Shown here in pieces: positions 1 through 10,308 of a stretch of 64,000 nucleotides of DNA. Position numbers and translations under genes: made by a program. The notes beneath the pieces were generated by a model. It did not search any database, was not told the origin of the DNA, and worked only from the letters and a program-made list of their open reading frames with translations. Source of the DNA: Escherichia phage Mangalyan; the sequence record OR449013. One strand, given 5' to 3'. How positions within the stretch are numbered: position 1 is the first letter of the stretch; every line of letters starts with the position of its first letter.

Positions 1-54
1 TATCGTGACTTCGCTTTAAAAGACATTCTTCAGTTTTACTAAGGAATCTTAACG

Positions 55-1038
55 ATGATGACAAAGTTAACTCTTGAGCAAATTTTAACACTAAAGCAAC
101 AAGGATACACTAATAGACAAATTGCTCGTGAATTTTTAGGCCGTGAGTCACGTGAGAGCTGGATCCGACTACAGCTTAAACGTGCACAAGAGAATATGTC
201 AGAGATTGTAGGAGAAGCAACGGAGCGCTTCCTTGAAGAGCACAAAGGTGCTAAAGTTTGGGTGTATGATACAGAGACATCCCCAACAAACGGCTGGTTC
301 TTTGGGCACTATAAGACCAACATTCAAACCTGTGGTATTGAAGTTATGCCCTATATGCTAACTTTCGCAGGTAAGTGGTTAGACAGCTCTAGTGTGGTTG
401 ACTGCGCTCTTCCAGATTACAAAATGTGGGATGAGGATATTCACAATGATCTCGAATTGATTCAGGATTTGTGGTATTATCTGGATAAATGCGATGTCGC
501 AGTAGCCCACAATTCAGGTTTTGACTGCGGGTGGGCCAACCAACGATTTGCATTTCACGGGTTGCCTCCAACAAGCCCCTACAAAGAGGTTGACACCCTT
601 AAAATGATCAAGAAGGCATTCCGTTTGAATGCAAACACTTTAGAGTATGCATGCAAATACTTCCAACTGGCCCGACAGAAACTGATTGACCACACATTTG
701 AAATGTGGATCAAGTGTGTCCATGGCGATCTTGAGGCATTTAAACAGATGCGGGAGTATAATGTTGGTGATATCCTGTCTCTGGAAGGCTTGTATTTGCT
801 GGCTCGCCCGTTTGCTAAGCAGCACCCAAACATGTCATTGTACTACCAGGACGAGGAGCCAAAGGTTCGTTGCCCACGCTGTGGTGGAGAACACCTTCAC
901 GAGGAAGAAGCTTTGGCGTATACTCAGCTGAGTGCATTTAAAACATACCGCTGCGAAGGTTGTGGATCTGTTGTTCGTGATCGTAACAACATCCGTACCA
1001 GAGAAGAGATGAAAAACACCCTGATTCAGATAATCTAA
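55..1038 (+). CDS. HTH + DEDD-type (DnaQ-like) 3'-5' exonuclease-like protein with C-terminal Cys4 zinc ribbon
   Basis: 327-aa ORF, SD AAGGA upstream of ATG; motifs YDTET (Exo I), HNSGFD (Exo II), YNVGD (Exo III); CPRCG...CEGCG ribbon. Confidence 0.5.
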   Translation: MMTKLTLEQILTLKQQGYTNRQIAREFLGRESRESWIRLQLKRAQENMSEIVGEATERFLEEHKGAKVWVYDTETSPTNGWFFGHYKTNIQTCGIEVMPYMLTFAGKWLDSSSVVDCALPDYKMWDEDIHNDLELIQDLWYYLDKCDVAVAHNSGFDCGWANQRFAFHGLPPTSPYKEVDTLKMIKKAFRLNANTLEYACKYFQLARQKLIDHTFEMWIKCVHGDLEAFKQMREYNVGDILSLEGLYLLARPFAKQHPNMSLYYQDEEPKVRCPRCGGEHLHEEEALAYTQLSAFKTYRCEGCGSVVRDRNNIRTREEMKNTLIQII

Positions 1039-1045
1039 CAAGTAG

Positions 1046-1075
1046 AGGGAGGCTTGCGCCTCCCTTTTCCTTTTG
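1046..1075 (+). terminator. rho-independent terminator
   Basis: GGGAGGC-ttgc-GCCTCCC hairpin followed by TTTTCCTTTT, directly after the stop at 1038. Confidence 0.6.
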
Positions 1076-1083
1076 GAGGCACT

Positions 1084-1902
1084 TTGAGCAAGAAAGAGTC
1101 TAACGACAAGTATTACACAAACCCAGGGTATGCAGAATATCTTGTTGGTAAAGTAAAAGATAAGTATGGGAATTGTGCATACGTTGAGCCTTCTGCTGGA
1201 AGAGGTTCTTTTTCAAAACTATTTTCAGAGATACTGTCGTACGATTTAGTACCAGATCCTGAATTTGAAGGACCAACACCGTGCATTCAGGCAAACTTCT
1301 TGGAGATGCACCCCAAGGCAGATGTCTTCATAGGTAACCCACCATTTGGCAAGAATTCATCTTTAGCTTGCAAATTCTTTAACCATTGTGCATCATTGCT
1401 AGAGCTTGGCGGGGCTATAGCCTTCATCTTGCCACGGACATTTGAAAAAATATTTTTTTCAAACAAACTGGACATGTCTATGCACCTTGTCTACAGCGAA
1501 AGGTGCCCTAAGAACTCGTTTTTACTTAATGGCAAACCTTATGACGTGCCATGTGTTTTCCAAATTTGGGAGAAAAAGGCGTGCAATAGGGATCCTGTAG
1601 AGATTGGAGAGAATAAGTTATTTTCTTTTAGCACACCGGATGACTACGACTTCTGTGTAAGACGTGTTGGGTATAACGCTGGAAAAGTATTGGGTGATGA
1701 TGATCCAAAATCTGAAGAATCTACATATTTCATAAAATCTTTAGTTGACGGTGTTGACAGAGTGTTTGCTGAATGCTATTCTTCTTTTCAAGAAGAAGCA
1801 GGTAAGACTGCTGGAATGAAGAGTATAGGCAAGAAAGAACTACAATACATTTTGGAGACCCGGTATGATCAAAAGCATAGACTTGACCAAAGAACTTGCT
1901 GA
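1084..1902 (+). CDS. N6-adenine DNA methyltransferase-like protein
   Basis: EPSAGRGSF (AdoMet motif I-like) then FIGNPPFG (motif IV NPPF); no in-frame ATG before motif I, so TTG 1084 after GGAGG is assumed; start uncertain (track gives 1054). Confidence 0.5.
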   Translation: MSKKESNDKYYTNPGYAEYLVGKVKDKYGNCAYVEPSAGRGSFSKLFSEILSYDLVPDPEFEGPTPCIQANFLEMHPKADVFIGNPPFGKNSSLACKFFNHCASLLELGGAIAFILPRTFEKIFFSNKLDMSMHLVYSERCPKNSFLLNGKPYDVPCVFQIWEKKACNRDPVEIGENKLFSFSTPDDYDFCVRRVGYNAGKVLGDDDPKSEESTYFIKSLVDGVDRVFAECYSSFQEEAGKTAGMKSIGKKELQYILETRYDQKHRLDQRTC

Positions 1903-1945
1903 TGCAAAAGCTTTTGGTGAGACAGCGGTACAAAGAGGCCAGGCT

Positions 1946-2323
1946 ATGGGACTGGCACTACCTTTCGTCTTAAAAGAGCACTTTACAGATTTTCAACTTA
2001 TCAAGGGTGATAAGGGAATTCTTATCCTGGAGCATAAGTTGAGTAAGAAACGCTATAAAGTTGTTTTTAATTCTAAAGCTCCAACAAAACTGGGATTCAG
2101 AACTTACAATCTTAACCCATCCTACACTAAGGGTGTAGGAAGAGTAGAACAACAGCATTTCAGTGCTAGAGCTTCTTTAGCCCCCTTGATGCTAAATTTT
2201 TCAGGGGTGGCTTTAGGATACCTTGACAAGAAAAGAGTTCTTCATGTCCGTTTCACAGACTTTGTAACGCTTTTAGCTAACAATGAGGTAGATGAAAAGG
2301 GACGTGTAAAAACAAACTTCTAA
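1946..2323 (+). CDS. hypothetical protein
   Basis: ORF track 1865..2323; internal ATG 1946 preferred because of SD AAGAGG 7 nt upstream; no recognisable motif. Confidence 0.35.
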   Translation: MGLALPFVLKEHFTDFQLIKGDKGILILEHKLSKKRYKVVFNSKAPTKLGFRTYNLNPSYTKGVGRVEQQHFSARASLAPLMLNFSGVALGYLDKKRVLHVRFTDFVTLLANNEVDEKGRVKTNF

Positions 2324-2350
2324 TAACGCATAGTATGATTGGAGACCGCA

Positions 2351-2542
2351 ATGACACTAAAGTTAACAGTTCCAGACAGCTTTTCAGAAAACTTTATCCC
2401 AGAAATGATGGATAAGATGCGATCATTGCTTGATCAGATTGAAGAGGCTGTTTGGGAAGACGATGCTGTAGTGGCTAACGAGCTGGTAGATAAGTGTAAA
2501 AGTATTATTGATGCAGTTGAAGAATACCACGGAGGTTTTTGA
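2351..2542 (+). CDS. hypothetical small acidic protein
   Basis: SD GGAGA 5 nt before ATG 2351; stop overlaps next start (TGATG). Confidence 0.4.
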   Translation: MTLKLTVPDSFSENFIPEMMDKMRSLLDQIEEAVWEDDAVVANELVDKCKSIIDAVEEYHGGF

Positions 2543-3156
2543 TGGATATTATTGTTCTTAACGCCCCACCTAGTAGTGGTAAGGATCACATTGCAGATCT
2601 CTTGTTGGAAGCTATTCCTAACTCACACCATCGTGAGGTTAAGGAGATGCTCTTCAGCGTGGCAATTAAGGCAGCTGGTGTAACTCCTCAACTCTGGAAT
2701 GCACTTTATGACCGCCACTACAAAGAAGAGCCTTGCCCTTTCTTAATGATAGACGGTAAGCATGTTTCTCCGCGAGAGTGGATGATCCATTGTAGTGAAA
2801 ATCTGATTAAACCTATCTTTGGTGAAGATGCTTTCGGTAAGGCCGCAGTCACATCCTTGAAGAAAGATTTCCCTAAAGGTAAAGGGGTTGTTGTTTACTC
2901 CGATGGTGGATTCAAAGAGGAGCTGGCATGCCTTAGTGAGTACGCATACAGCACAGGTGGAGATCTGTTGTTGTTCCGTATTCACCGTGTCGGATATGAC
3001 TGGGGAAATGATTCCAGAACCTATCTAAGTCTGGAAAAGAACGGAATAAAAGGGATTGAGTTCGATGTTGTAAACCCTGAAGGTGCACCTTGGGAGTGTG
3101 CATCGGAGATTGTGTGCAAGTATATTGATGCTAAAGAGGCCCAAGAAGAATGTTAA
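2542..3156 (+). CDS. deoxynucleoside monophosphate kinase-like (P-loop) protein
   Basis: SD GGAGG; N-terminal P-loop LNAPPSSGKD resembles the start of phage dNMP kinases. Confidence 0.5.
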   Translation: MDIIVLNAPPSSGKDHIADLLLEAIPNSHHREVKEMLFSVAIKAAGVTPQLWNALYDRHYKEEPCPFLMIDGKHVSPREWMIHCSENLIKPIFGEDAFGKAAVTSLKKDFPKGKGVVVYSDGGFKEELACLSEYAYSTGGDLLLFRIHRVGYDWGNDSRTYLSLEKNGIKGIEFDVVNPEGAPWECASEIVCKYIDAKEAQEEC

Positions 3157-3743
3157 TCGGAATTGATGTAGATTTGACACTGGTAGATTCAGGAACAGCA
3201 TGGTGGGAGTGGTTGGAGCGTTTGTATGGTCCAGCCAGTAAGACAGTCGCTAAACCTTCTAATGGACTGATGTATTACGATCTGTCAAAGTATTGGCCTG
3301 ATCGCCCCAAAGAAAACATCATAGGGCCTTTTGATTTCTGGAGTGACCCATTCCTCTACGACTTTCTTAAGCCTGAAGAGGGGGCTATTGAGGTTATGAA
3401 AGATTTGGTGGCTCGTGGTCACAAGCTTGCATTTATCTCGGTATGCAAGAAAGGTCACCTTGCATCTAAATCAAGGTTCTTAAAGCGTTGGACCAGTGAT
3501 TTTATGGATCTGGACGATCACACCCAGGGTCACGGCTTCTACGCCACACATTTCAAAGGAAATGTGGCTGTAGATGTTATAATTGACGACAGGCATGAAT
3601 ACCTTAACCAATTCGCTTCACGACCTGAAGTTATTAAAATCCTAAAAGATACGCCTTATGAGCAATTCGAGGAGTTAAAGGTCAGTGTTGACTATACCGC
3701 CAATAGCTGGTATAAAATAGGAAAGTTTTTAGAAGGTATTTGA
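3150..3743 (+). CDS. HAD-superfamily 5'-(deoxy)nucleotidase-like protein
   Basis: N-terminal GIDVDLTLVD matches HAD motif I DxDxT; later IIDDRHEY. Confidence 0.45.
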   Translation: MLIGIDVDLTLVDSGTAWWEWLERLYGPASKTVAKPSNGLMYYDLSKYWPDRPKENIIGPFDFWSDPFLYDFLKPEEGAIEVMKDLVARGHKLAFISVCKKGHLASKSRFLKRWTSDFMDLDDHTQGHGFYATHFKGNVAVDVIIDDRHEYLNQFASRPEVIKILKDTPYEQFEELKVSVDYTANSWYKIGKFLEGI

Positions 3744-3744
3744 A

Positions 3745-3945
3745 ATGGGCAGATGTTCTAAAGGTGGCGATCCTGTAGTCAGATACGGTGACTGGCTGGA
3801 GGTATATGATCTGGGAGGTAAGCTAGTGTATGCCTCCAGGATCACCCAAGACATGTGCTCTGATATGTTTAACAGATACCTTGCATTTAAGGCCAACATA
3901 AACCCAGACGAAATTTCCAAAATTAAAACAAGGAGAGCTAAATAA
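3745..3945 (+). CDS. hypothetical protein
   Basis: 66-aa ORF tightly packed between neighbours; no motif. Confidence 0.4.
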   Translation: MGRCSKGGDPVVRYGDWLEVYDLGGKLVYASRITQDMCSDMFNRYLAFKANINPDEISKIKTRRAK

Positions 3946-4928
3946 TGCTAAAACTGTGCACTGCAAAGATCATTGCTGACAGCATTTCCGAGAAAGGTAA
4001 GCGTATCACCACTTTTGAGCTAGAGTATCCTCGAATTATTCACTCAGAGCTTATGACGCACCGAGTGTTCAGCCGAAACGCCATGTCTTCCCGTGCAGTT
4101 CCTGTCGGCAAGATGCTGCAGCAGATTGTGGAGAATCCGGCAATGCCAGTTCGCTTCGGTGTAAATAAGCGAGGTATGGAAGATGGTGGAGAACACGATC
4201 AAAAGATCCGTGTAGAGTACACTGACATGGAGCTAACCCCTGAAGAGTTTTGGAAAGAAGCTGCAAAAAACGCCGCTTGGCATGCAGAGAAGTTCGCCCT
4301 TGCTGGTTACCATAAACAAGTATGTAACCGCTTAGTGGAGCCGTTTCAGCGCATGAAAACAGTTGTAACAAGCACAGAGTGGAATAATTTTTTCCATCTC
4401 CGTTGCTGGCACGATGCGGATCCTACGATTCAGATGTTGGCTAATTGTATGTGGGAAGCTCTTGTGAATAGCACTCCTGAAATCCTTAAACCATGGCAAT
4501 GGCACACTCCATATGTAGAGCACGTTTATTTGGACGGAGAGTTTAACTACGCTGTACGTGACACAGAAGGAAAGCTCTGCATTCTCGATACTAAAGAAGC
4601 TCTGTCTATCAGTGCTAGTTGCTGTGCACAAGTATCTTATCGAAATATTGACAGCACGTTTGAAAAGGCAGACAGTGTGGCTAAAAAATTGATTGGTGGG
4701 GATCGTATCCATGCAAGCCCTTACGAGCACCAGGCAACACCTATGGATCACGATAACGCAATGGAACGTTTAAACTACTACCTGTCTTCATGTGAAATCA
4801 CACAAGACAGCTGTGTTTGGCAGGAAGGTGTAACCCATCAAGACCGTGATGGTAAATTCTGGTCTGCCAACTTTTGTGGGTGGGTTCAGCACAGACAACT
4901 GCTTAATAACCACTTCGTGAAAGGTTAA
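3945..4928 (+). CDS. thyX: FAD-dependent thymidylate synthase ThyX-like protein
   Basis: SD AGGAGAG; ELMTHRVFSRNAMSSR resembles the ThyX RHRxxSxNxxSxRY block; HLRCWHDADPTIQ resembles ThyX LRADSHAQWEIQ; divergent, with a C-terminal extension. Confidence 0.55.
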   Translation: MLKLCTAKIIADSISEKGKRITTFELEYPRIIHSELMTHRVFSRNAMSSRAVPVGKMLQQIVENPAMPVRFGVNKRGMEDGGEHDQKIRVEYTDMELTPEEFWKEAAKNAAWHAEKFALAGYHKQVCNRLVEPFQRMKTVVTSTEWNNFFHLRCWHDADPTIQMLANCMWEALVNSTPEILKPWQWHTPYVEHVYLDGEFNYAVRDTEGKLCILDTKEALSISASCCAQVSYRNIDSTFEKADSVAKKLIGGDRIHASPYEHQATPMDHDNAMERLNYYLSSCEITQDSCVWQEGVTHQDRDGKFWSANFCGWVQHRQLLNNHFVKG

Positions 4929-4929
4929 T

Positions 4930-4957
4930 CCTATCACAGCGATAGGTAACTTTTGTG
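4930..4957 (+). terminator. weak hairpin terminator after thyX-like gene
   Basis: CCTATC-acagc-GATAGG then taacTTTTgtg. Confidence 0.3.
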
Positions 4958-4986
4958 TTGACTAATAGTATCAGATAATCTATAAT
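4958..4986 (+). promoter_or_regulatory. sigma70-like promoter
   Basis: TTGACT, 17-nt spacer, TATAAT. Confidence 0.6.
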
Positions 4987-5014
4987 AATGGCTCACTTTG
5001 TTGGTGAGCCAGAA

Positions 5015-5488
5015 ATGGAGACAGATATGAGTAATGTTATGATTCCTAAAAAGACATTTATTTCAGTTACTTTAGATTTCCTAGCTACCGTCCCTGGGTT
5101 TAACGTTCGCACACGAAACGGTCTCCGAGCTGCACTCTTTGCCGTAGGGTTTGATTTAAAAAGTATTGATGTTCTTCGTGGAAAAAACGTTCGATGCAAA
5201 AATAAGCCAACACATTATCGAAAGGCAGATGTATTTGCTGGTGTTATGCGTGCAGACTTTAGATACCCGCAAATGTATAACGGTGTAGATATTTTAGATG
5301 TGGATAAAGCACCTGGTGAGGCAATGCTTGTTCAAGATCTCCCGTATGATATCCCAGTAGAGGATCGTGTTAATGTAAGAAAGTATACAAAACAATCTGA
5401 AAAGGCTGAAGATATTCATATTGTTGATGAACCTTTCAATTTTGAAGATCTGCATCGCCTGGAAAAATTATTCGGTATTGAAAGCTAA
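5015..5488 (+). CDS. hypothetical protein
   Basis: ORF track start 4988 lies 1 nt after the -10, so a downstream in-frame ATG is preferred (5015 with GGTGAG SD, or 5027 with GGAGA SD). Confidence 0.45.
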   Translation: METDMSNVMIPKKTFISVTLDFLATVPGFNVRTRNGLRAALFAVGFDLKSIDVLRGKNVRCKNKPTHYRKADVFAGVMRADFRYPQMYNGVDILDVDKAPGEAMLVQDLPYDIPVEDRVNVRKYTKQSEKAEDIHIVDEPFNFEDLHRLEKLFGIES

Positions 5489-5498
5489 GGTGGTGAAG

Positions 5499-5729
5499 AT
5501 GAGCCATAACTCCAAGTGGAAGGATCTTGGTTTTGCAAGTCGGGCAGAGTATGTTGGTTGGCTTTGGTTCAACGGCCTGACAAACGATATTAAAATGTAT
5601 GATGATGTTTATTATGACGAGTATACAGGTAAAATTATAAATATCTCTGTAGAAGAGGATACCTTTATCCAGCAAGATACTGATACCTGCCTTGATAAAT
5701 ACGTTAATGAAGTGGAGGAAGCAAATTGA
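5499..5729 (+). CDS. hypothetical protein
   Basis: ATG 5499 preceded by AAGGTGGTG; track ORF 5421..5729 trimmed. Confidence 0.45.
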   Translation: MSHNSKWKDLGFASRAEYVGWLWFNGLTNDIKMYDDVYYDEYTGKIINISVEEDTFIQQDTDTCLDKYVNEVEEAN

Positions 5730-8041
5730 TCACCAAGGTAATTAAAAGCAACGGATGTGAGGTAGCATTCGATCCAGAACGTTTAAATAAGGCAGCTATT
5801 TTCGGTGACGACGGTAACGGCAATTGGTCACATATTGCACTGGATGCATACAAACGACTGTATGATGGATGTACAACCAAAGAAGTTAACCAAGCTATCA
5901 TAGACTCCTGTGTTAGCCGTAAAGACGAAGCACATTCCCGTATGGCTGGTCGTGTTCTTATTGGTCAGATTTATAAAGAGGCTTTTGGAGGGTTTACAAA
6001 GATCCCTTCCTTACCATCATTTTACAATACCATGGTTGAGAAAGGGTATTGGGAGGATATGGGCTATAGCTTTACCGAGCTAAACACTTTAGACGCTGTT
6101 ATTGACCACAGTAAAGATCTCGGTTATGGCTATGCAGTCCTTAAACAGTTTCGCGACAAATACGGGATCAAGGATACTCTTAAAGACACCTTGTTTGAAT
6201 CTCCCCAGATGATGTTTATGGGGATAGCAATGGCTGTCATGAAGAATATGCCGAAAGAACGTCGTATCAACGATGTTGTAAAATTATACACTTATCTGTC
6301 CGACTTAAAGATCAATGCCCCGACACCGTACTTAAACGGGCTGCGCACAGGTAAGACAGGGTATGCATCTTGTTGTGTAATAAAAGCTGACGATACAGCA
6401 AAATCTATTGGTGTGGCACGTGAAGTTGCGTACACAATGACGGTTAACCAAGCAGGTATCGGCTACTATTTATCATCAAGATCTGCAGGCGATGGTGTTC
6501 GTGGTAACACTATTAAACACATGGGTAAGATTCCATATTATCGAGGTATTGATGCTGGGGTTAAGGAGAACAGACAACAATCACGTGGCGGTTCTGCAAC
6601 AGTATCATTTCTTGCACTAGACCCGCAGATTGATGAGCTAATCCGTTTGAGAAACCCTATGACTGTTGCTTCAAAAAGAATCAACACCATGGACTACTCC
6701 ATCGGTATTAATAGGTCGTTTATCAACCGTGTGGCTAAGAATTTGGATTGGATGCTTGTTTCTTATAAGCACGCGCCTCAACTGCATGAGGGTATCTTCA
6801 CCATGTCTATGGAGGAGTTTGATGCAGAGGTTGATCGTATTGCTAAAGATGACAGTATTCCTAAAACATGGATCCGGGCCAGAGATCTTGCTGTTGAACT
6901 GATCACGCAGCGTACTGAGGTGGGAAGGCTGTATGTATACTGGACAGATGAGATGAATAGACATACACCTTTTAAAGATGTGATCTATTCAAGTAACCTG
7001 TGTGCAGAAATAGCCCTCCCGACAAAAGGCTATTCAGATATGCGTAATATCTTCAAGTACGATGCTGATGATGGAGAGGTTGCATTGTGCTTCCTGTCAT
7101 CTCTTGTAGCTGGGAGGGTTACTCCAGAGGAGTATGAGGATGTTGCATACTATACGGTGCTTATGATTGACAATGTTATGGAAATCATGACATATCCGTA
7201 TGAAAATATGGAAAGCACAGTTAAAAAACGCAGATCCATCGGGGTTGGCCTTACCAATGTTGCACATTTTATTGCCAGCCACAAGGTTACTTACGGATCT
7301 CCTGAAAGTAAACAGCTCGTTCACGATCTTGCAGAACTTCACAGCTACAGCTTGCATAAGGCAAGTTTACGGTTGGCAAAAGAGCGTGGTGTCTGCGAGT
7401 GGATGCATAAAACAAAATATCCAGAAGGTTGGTTACCAATCGACACCTATAACAAAGAGGTCGATAGCGTGGTGAAAGATCCTTCTCTTAAACAGGATTG
7501 GGAAGGGTTACGTAAAGAAATCATTGAAAATGGTGGGCTACGTAATAGCGTTCTTGAAGCATATATGCCTAATGAAAGCTCTTCGCTGGCAACAAACACC
7601 ACTAACGGGGTCTATCCTGTCCGTGAGCACATTATCTTTAAAAAGTCGCCACAAGGGCAGGTGCTGTTTATCGTTCCTGACTATGATGAGTTGAAAGAGT
7701 ATTACACTTCGGCTTGGGACGTTGATACTAACGACATGATCGATATGTATGCTGTGATTCAAAAATTCACAGGTCAGGCAATCAGCGCGGATTTGTACAT
7801 AGACTACACCAAGTTGAAAGATGGTAAAATTTCAATGAAGGAGCAGCTAGGGTACCTTATCCGTGCCACTAAATTCGGAATGAAGACATGGTATTATTTA
7901 AACTCTAGGGTTGGTGCTGGCGACTCCTTGGCAGAGGAACTTCATGCCAAGAAACAGGCTGAAGATGAAACCAGAAAGAACTATCCTTTGAATGCAGATA
8001 GTTCAGTTGAAGATCAGTATTGCGAAAGTTGTGCACTATAA
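5726..8041 (+). CDS. nrdA: class I ribonucleotide reductase large subunit
   Basis: 771 aa; N-terminal ATP-cone-like VIKSNGCEVAFDPERLNK; active-site block SSNLCAEIALP; TTG start after GGAGGAAG. Confidence 0.85.
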   Translation: MITKVIKSNGCEVAFDPERLNKAAIFGDDGNGNWSHIALDAYKRLYDGCTTKEVNQAIIDSCVSRKDEAHSRMAGRVLIGQIYKEAFGGFTKIPSLPSFYNTMVEKGYWEDMGYSFTELNTLDAVIDHSKDLGYGYAVLKQFRDKYGIKDTLKDTLFESPQMMFMGIAMAVMKNMPKERRINDVVKLYTYLSDLKINAPTPYLNGLRTGKTGYASCCVIKADDTAKSIGVAREVAYTMTVNQAGIGYYLSSRSAGDGVRGNTIKHMGKIPYYRGIDAGVKENRQQSRGGSATVSFLALDPQIDELIRLRNPMTVASKRINTMDYSIGINRSFINRVAKNLDWMLVSYKHAPQLHEGIFTMSMEEFDAEVDRIAKDDSIPKTWIRARDLAVELITQRTEVGRLYVYWTDEMNRHTPFKDVIYSSNLCAEIALPTKGYSDMRNIFKYDADDGEVALCFLSSLVAGRVTPEEYEDVAYYTVLMIDNVMEIMTYPYENMESTVKKRRSIGVGLTNVAHFIASHKVTYGSPESKQLVHDLAELHSYSLHKASLRLAKERGVCEWMHKTKYPEGWLPIDTYNKEVDSVVKDPSLKQDWEGLRKEIIENGGLRNSVLEAYMPNESSSLATNTTNGVYPVREHIIFKKSPQGQVLFIVPDYDELKEYYTSAWDVDTNDMIDMYAVIQKFTGQAISADLYIDYTKLKDGKISMKEQLGYLIRATKFGMKTWYYLNSRVGAGDSLAEELHAKKQAEDETRKNYPLNADSSVEDQYCESCAL

Positions 8042-8048
8042 TTTTAAA

Positions 8049-8068
8049 GGGGCTTCGGCCCCATTTTA
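8049..8068 (+). terminator. intergenic hairpin between nrdA and nrdB (attenuator or partial terminator)
   Basis: GGGGC-ttcg-GCCCC followed by ATTTTA. Confidence 0.35.
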
Positions 8069-8080
8069 GAGGTTAGAATA

Positions 8081-9169
8081 ATGGCTGTATTTAATGCTGA
8101 GAACACCGCTCATAAAACTGGTGACTATCCGCTGTTTCTAGGACAGCAAATGGGTATGTACGACTCTATCAACAAAAAATATCCACAACTGTTTGAACTA
8201 TACAAAAAACAAAAAGAACAAGACTGGGCAGAGGATGAAGTGGATTTGTCGCAATCTATTTCAGATTTTGTAACATGCTCAAAGTCAACTTATGACGTGA
8301 TGGTGCAGACCTTGATGTGGCAATGGGAGGCTGATAGCGTTGCGGCAAGATCTATCATTTGTCTGTTTTCACCATTTATCACCAATAGTGAGCTTTTCAC
8401 TCTATTGATGAAACAGTCAGAGATTGAAGTTCTTCACGCACTAACTTACTCAGAGATTGTTAGACAATGCCTCCCCAATGCCCGTGAGATTATAGAAGAG
8501 ATTCAGGAAAACCAAAACGTTCTGAGCAGATCCGGCGTTATTGTCAAATACATGCAAGAGCTTGAGGTTATTGGTGCAAAATACCGACTGGATCCTTCTA
8601 GTGTTGAAGAAGATGTTGTGCGGAAATGCATTCTTAGAGCGCTTTTTGCACTTTTAGCTCTGGAAAGTATTGAGTTTATTGCAAGTTTTGCATGCACTTT
8701 CGCAGTAGCTGAGCAGGGTATCTTTGTTCAGGTGGCGCAGCTTGTTCAAAAAATCATGCTTGACGAAATGCTACATTCGAAAGGTGATTTTGCCATCATT
8801 GATATCCTGCTTAATGATCCCGCATGGGAGAAAAGCTTCCTTGAGATAAAAGGGGAGTTAAAAGAGATTCTTGATGAAGTACGAACCAAAGAGTACGGTT
8901 GGAGTGACTATATTTTCAGCGAAGGAAGAGCGATTATAGGTCTTAACTCACCGTTGCTTAAAGAATGGGTTGACTATAACTGCTCACCGATTTATGATTA
9001 CTACGACATCGACAAAGACTTTGTGCCGCCAACAAAGGACCCTCTACCGTTTATGCAGGTGTGGATGAAACCTTCATTGCAACAGACGGCGAACCAAGAA
9101 ATGTCGAACACTGACTACCGCGTCAACACAACTGTTAACGACGCTGAAGAAGAAATTTGGGAGTTTTAA
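8081..9169 (+). CDS. nrdB: class I ribonucleotide reductase small subunit
   Basis: 362 aa immediately downstream of nrdA; ferritin-like E..H pairs (VLHALTYSE, DEMLHSKGD); acidic C-terminal tail. Confidence 0.8.
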   Translation: MAVFNAENTAHKTGDYPLFLGQQMGMYDSINKKYPQLFELYKKQKEQDWAEDEVDLSQSISDFVTCSKSTYDVMVQTLMWQWEADSVAARSIICLFSPFITNSELFTLLMKQSEIEVLHALTYSEIVRQCLPNAREIIEEIQENQNVLSRSGVIVKYMQELEVIGAKYRLDPSSVEEDVVRKCILRALFALLALESIEFIASFACTFAVAEQGIFVQVAQLVQKIMLDEMLHSKGDFAIIDILLNDPAWEKSFLEIKGELKEILDEVRTKEYGWSDYIFSEGRAIIGLNSPLLKEWVDYNCSPIYDYYDIDKDFVPPTKDPLPFMQVWMKPSLQQTANQEMSNTDYRVNTTVNDAEEEIWEF

Positions 9170-9172
9170 TAC

Positions 9173-9451
9173 ATGAGCTGTGAAAAATCTTTTTTCTTTA
9201 TTATTTACGGTAAAGATAACTGCCCACATTGTGTAAGAGCAAAAGAATTTGCAGTCAGTAAGGGTCTGCCTTTTGTATATAAGACACTTGGCGAGGGTTA
9301 CACAAAAGAAGAGCTTATTGAGAAGTGCAGTCCAATCGTACCCAGAACGTTGCCGCAGATCTTCTTAGAAAGTAATCTTGAAAGTGTCCATATAGGCGGT
9401 GCCGACGATTTCATCTCTTTTGTTAAGAATGGTTTTGGAGAGAAAAAGTGA
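9173..9451 (+). CDS. glutaredoxin/thioredoxin-like protein (NrdH/NrdC-like)
   Basis: 92 aa with CPHC redox motif; located between nrdB and nrdD. Confidence 0.6.
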   Translation: MSCEKSFFFIIYGKDNCPHCVRAKEFAVSKGLPFVYKTLGEGYTKEELIEKCSPIVPRTLPQIFLESNLESVHIGGADDFISFVKNGFGEKK

Positions 9452-10308
9452 AAGTTGTAAAACGGGACGGTAGAGAAGAGGTCTATAACGGAATTAAGGT
9501 GATCAAGGCGGCAGAGTCCGCCTTACTTGAGTCTGGACATACTGAAGAAGAAGCTTACCGGATCGCCTGCGCGGTTAATGAAGTTGTTGCTAACACTCTA
9601 CCAACCGACCAGTGCACGATCTCTGTAAAAAATATCCATATCCTTGTTGAAGACGCTCTTATGGATATGGGTTTAAAATGTGCAGCCAGAGAATACATCC
9701 AGTATAGGCAGACAAGAGATAATAATAGAGAGGCAGGTGGAAAACTGCTTGCAGATATTAGTGGCTTCTTGGATCGCACTTGTGATGAATTTACAAAAGA
9801 AAACGCAAATAAGCCTACCAATCATGTACACACTCATCGTGACCTGCTTGCAGGCATCCTTAGCAAACACCTTGCATCAACACAGATCCTGCCAGACCGT
9901 GTCTCAGAAGAGCACAATAGAGGCTTCATCCATGTGCATGATCTTGACTACTTGATCAGTCCGTTAACAAACTGTTGTTTGGTAAATTATCCAGATATGT
10001 TGGAAAACGGATTCAACATTGGTAACGCCCATGTCAGTAAGCCGAAGTCAATAGGGGTTGCAACAACAATCCTTAGCCAAATCTCTAGTGCAGTAGCTAG
10101 TGCTCAATATGGTGGTCAGACTATGAGCCATATTGATCATTATCTGGCACAGTATGCTGAAGCGACCTATGAGAAGAACCTTAAATTTTGCCAGGAACAT
10201 TGGTTGCCAGATGCTGAGACTGTTGCAATGCAAATGACAGATAAAGACGTATTTGACAGCATGCAGACTTTGCTCTATCAAATCAATACGTTAACTTCTG
10301 TCAACGGT
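9448..10308 (+). CDS. nrdD: anaerobic ribonucleotide reductase NrdD, exon 1
   Basis: ATP-cone start MKVVKRDGREEVYNGIKV; frame ends ...LYQINTLTSVNG; last exon base is T, as expected for a group I 5' splice site. Confidence 0.75.

Noticed and set aside
4069-4751. Two track ORFs (-) of 100 and 139 aa inside the ThyX-like gene
   Set aside because: Antisense to a gene with conserved motifs; no initiation signals.
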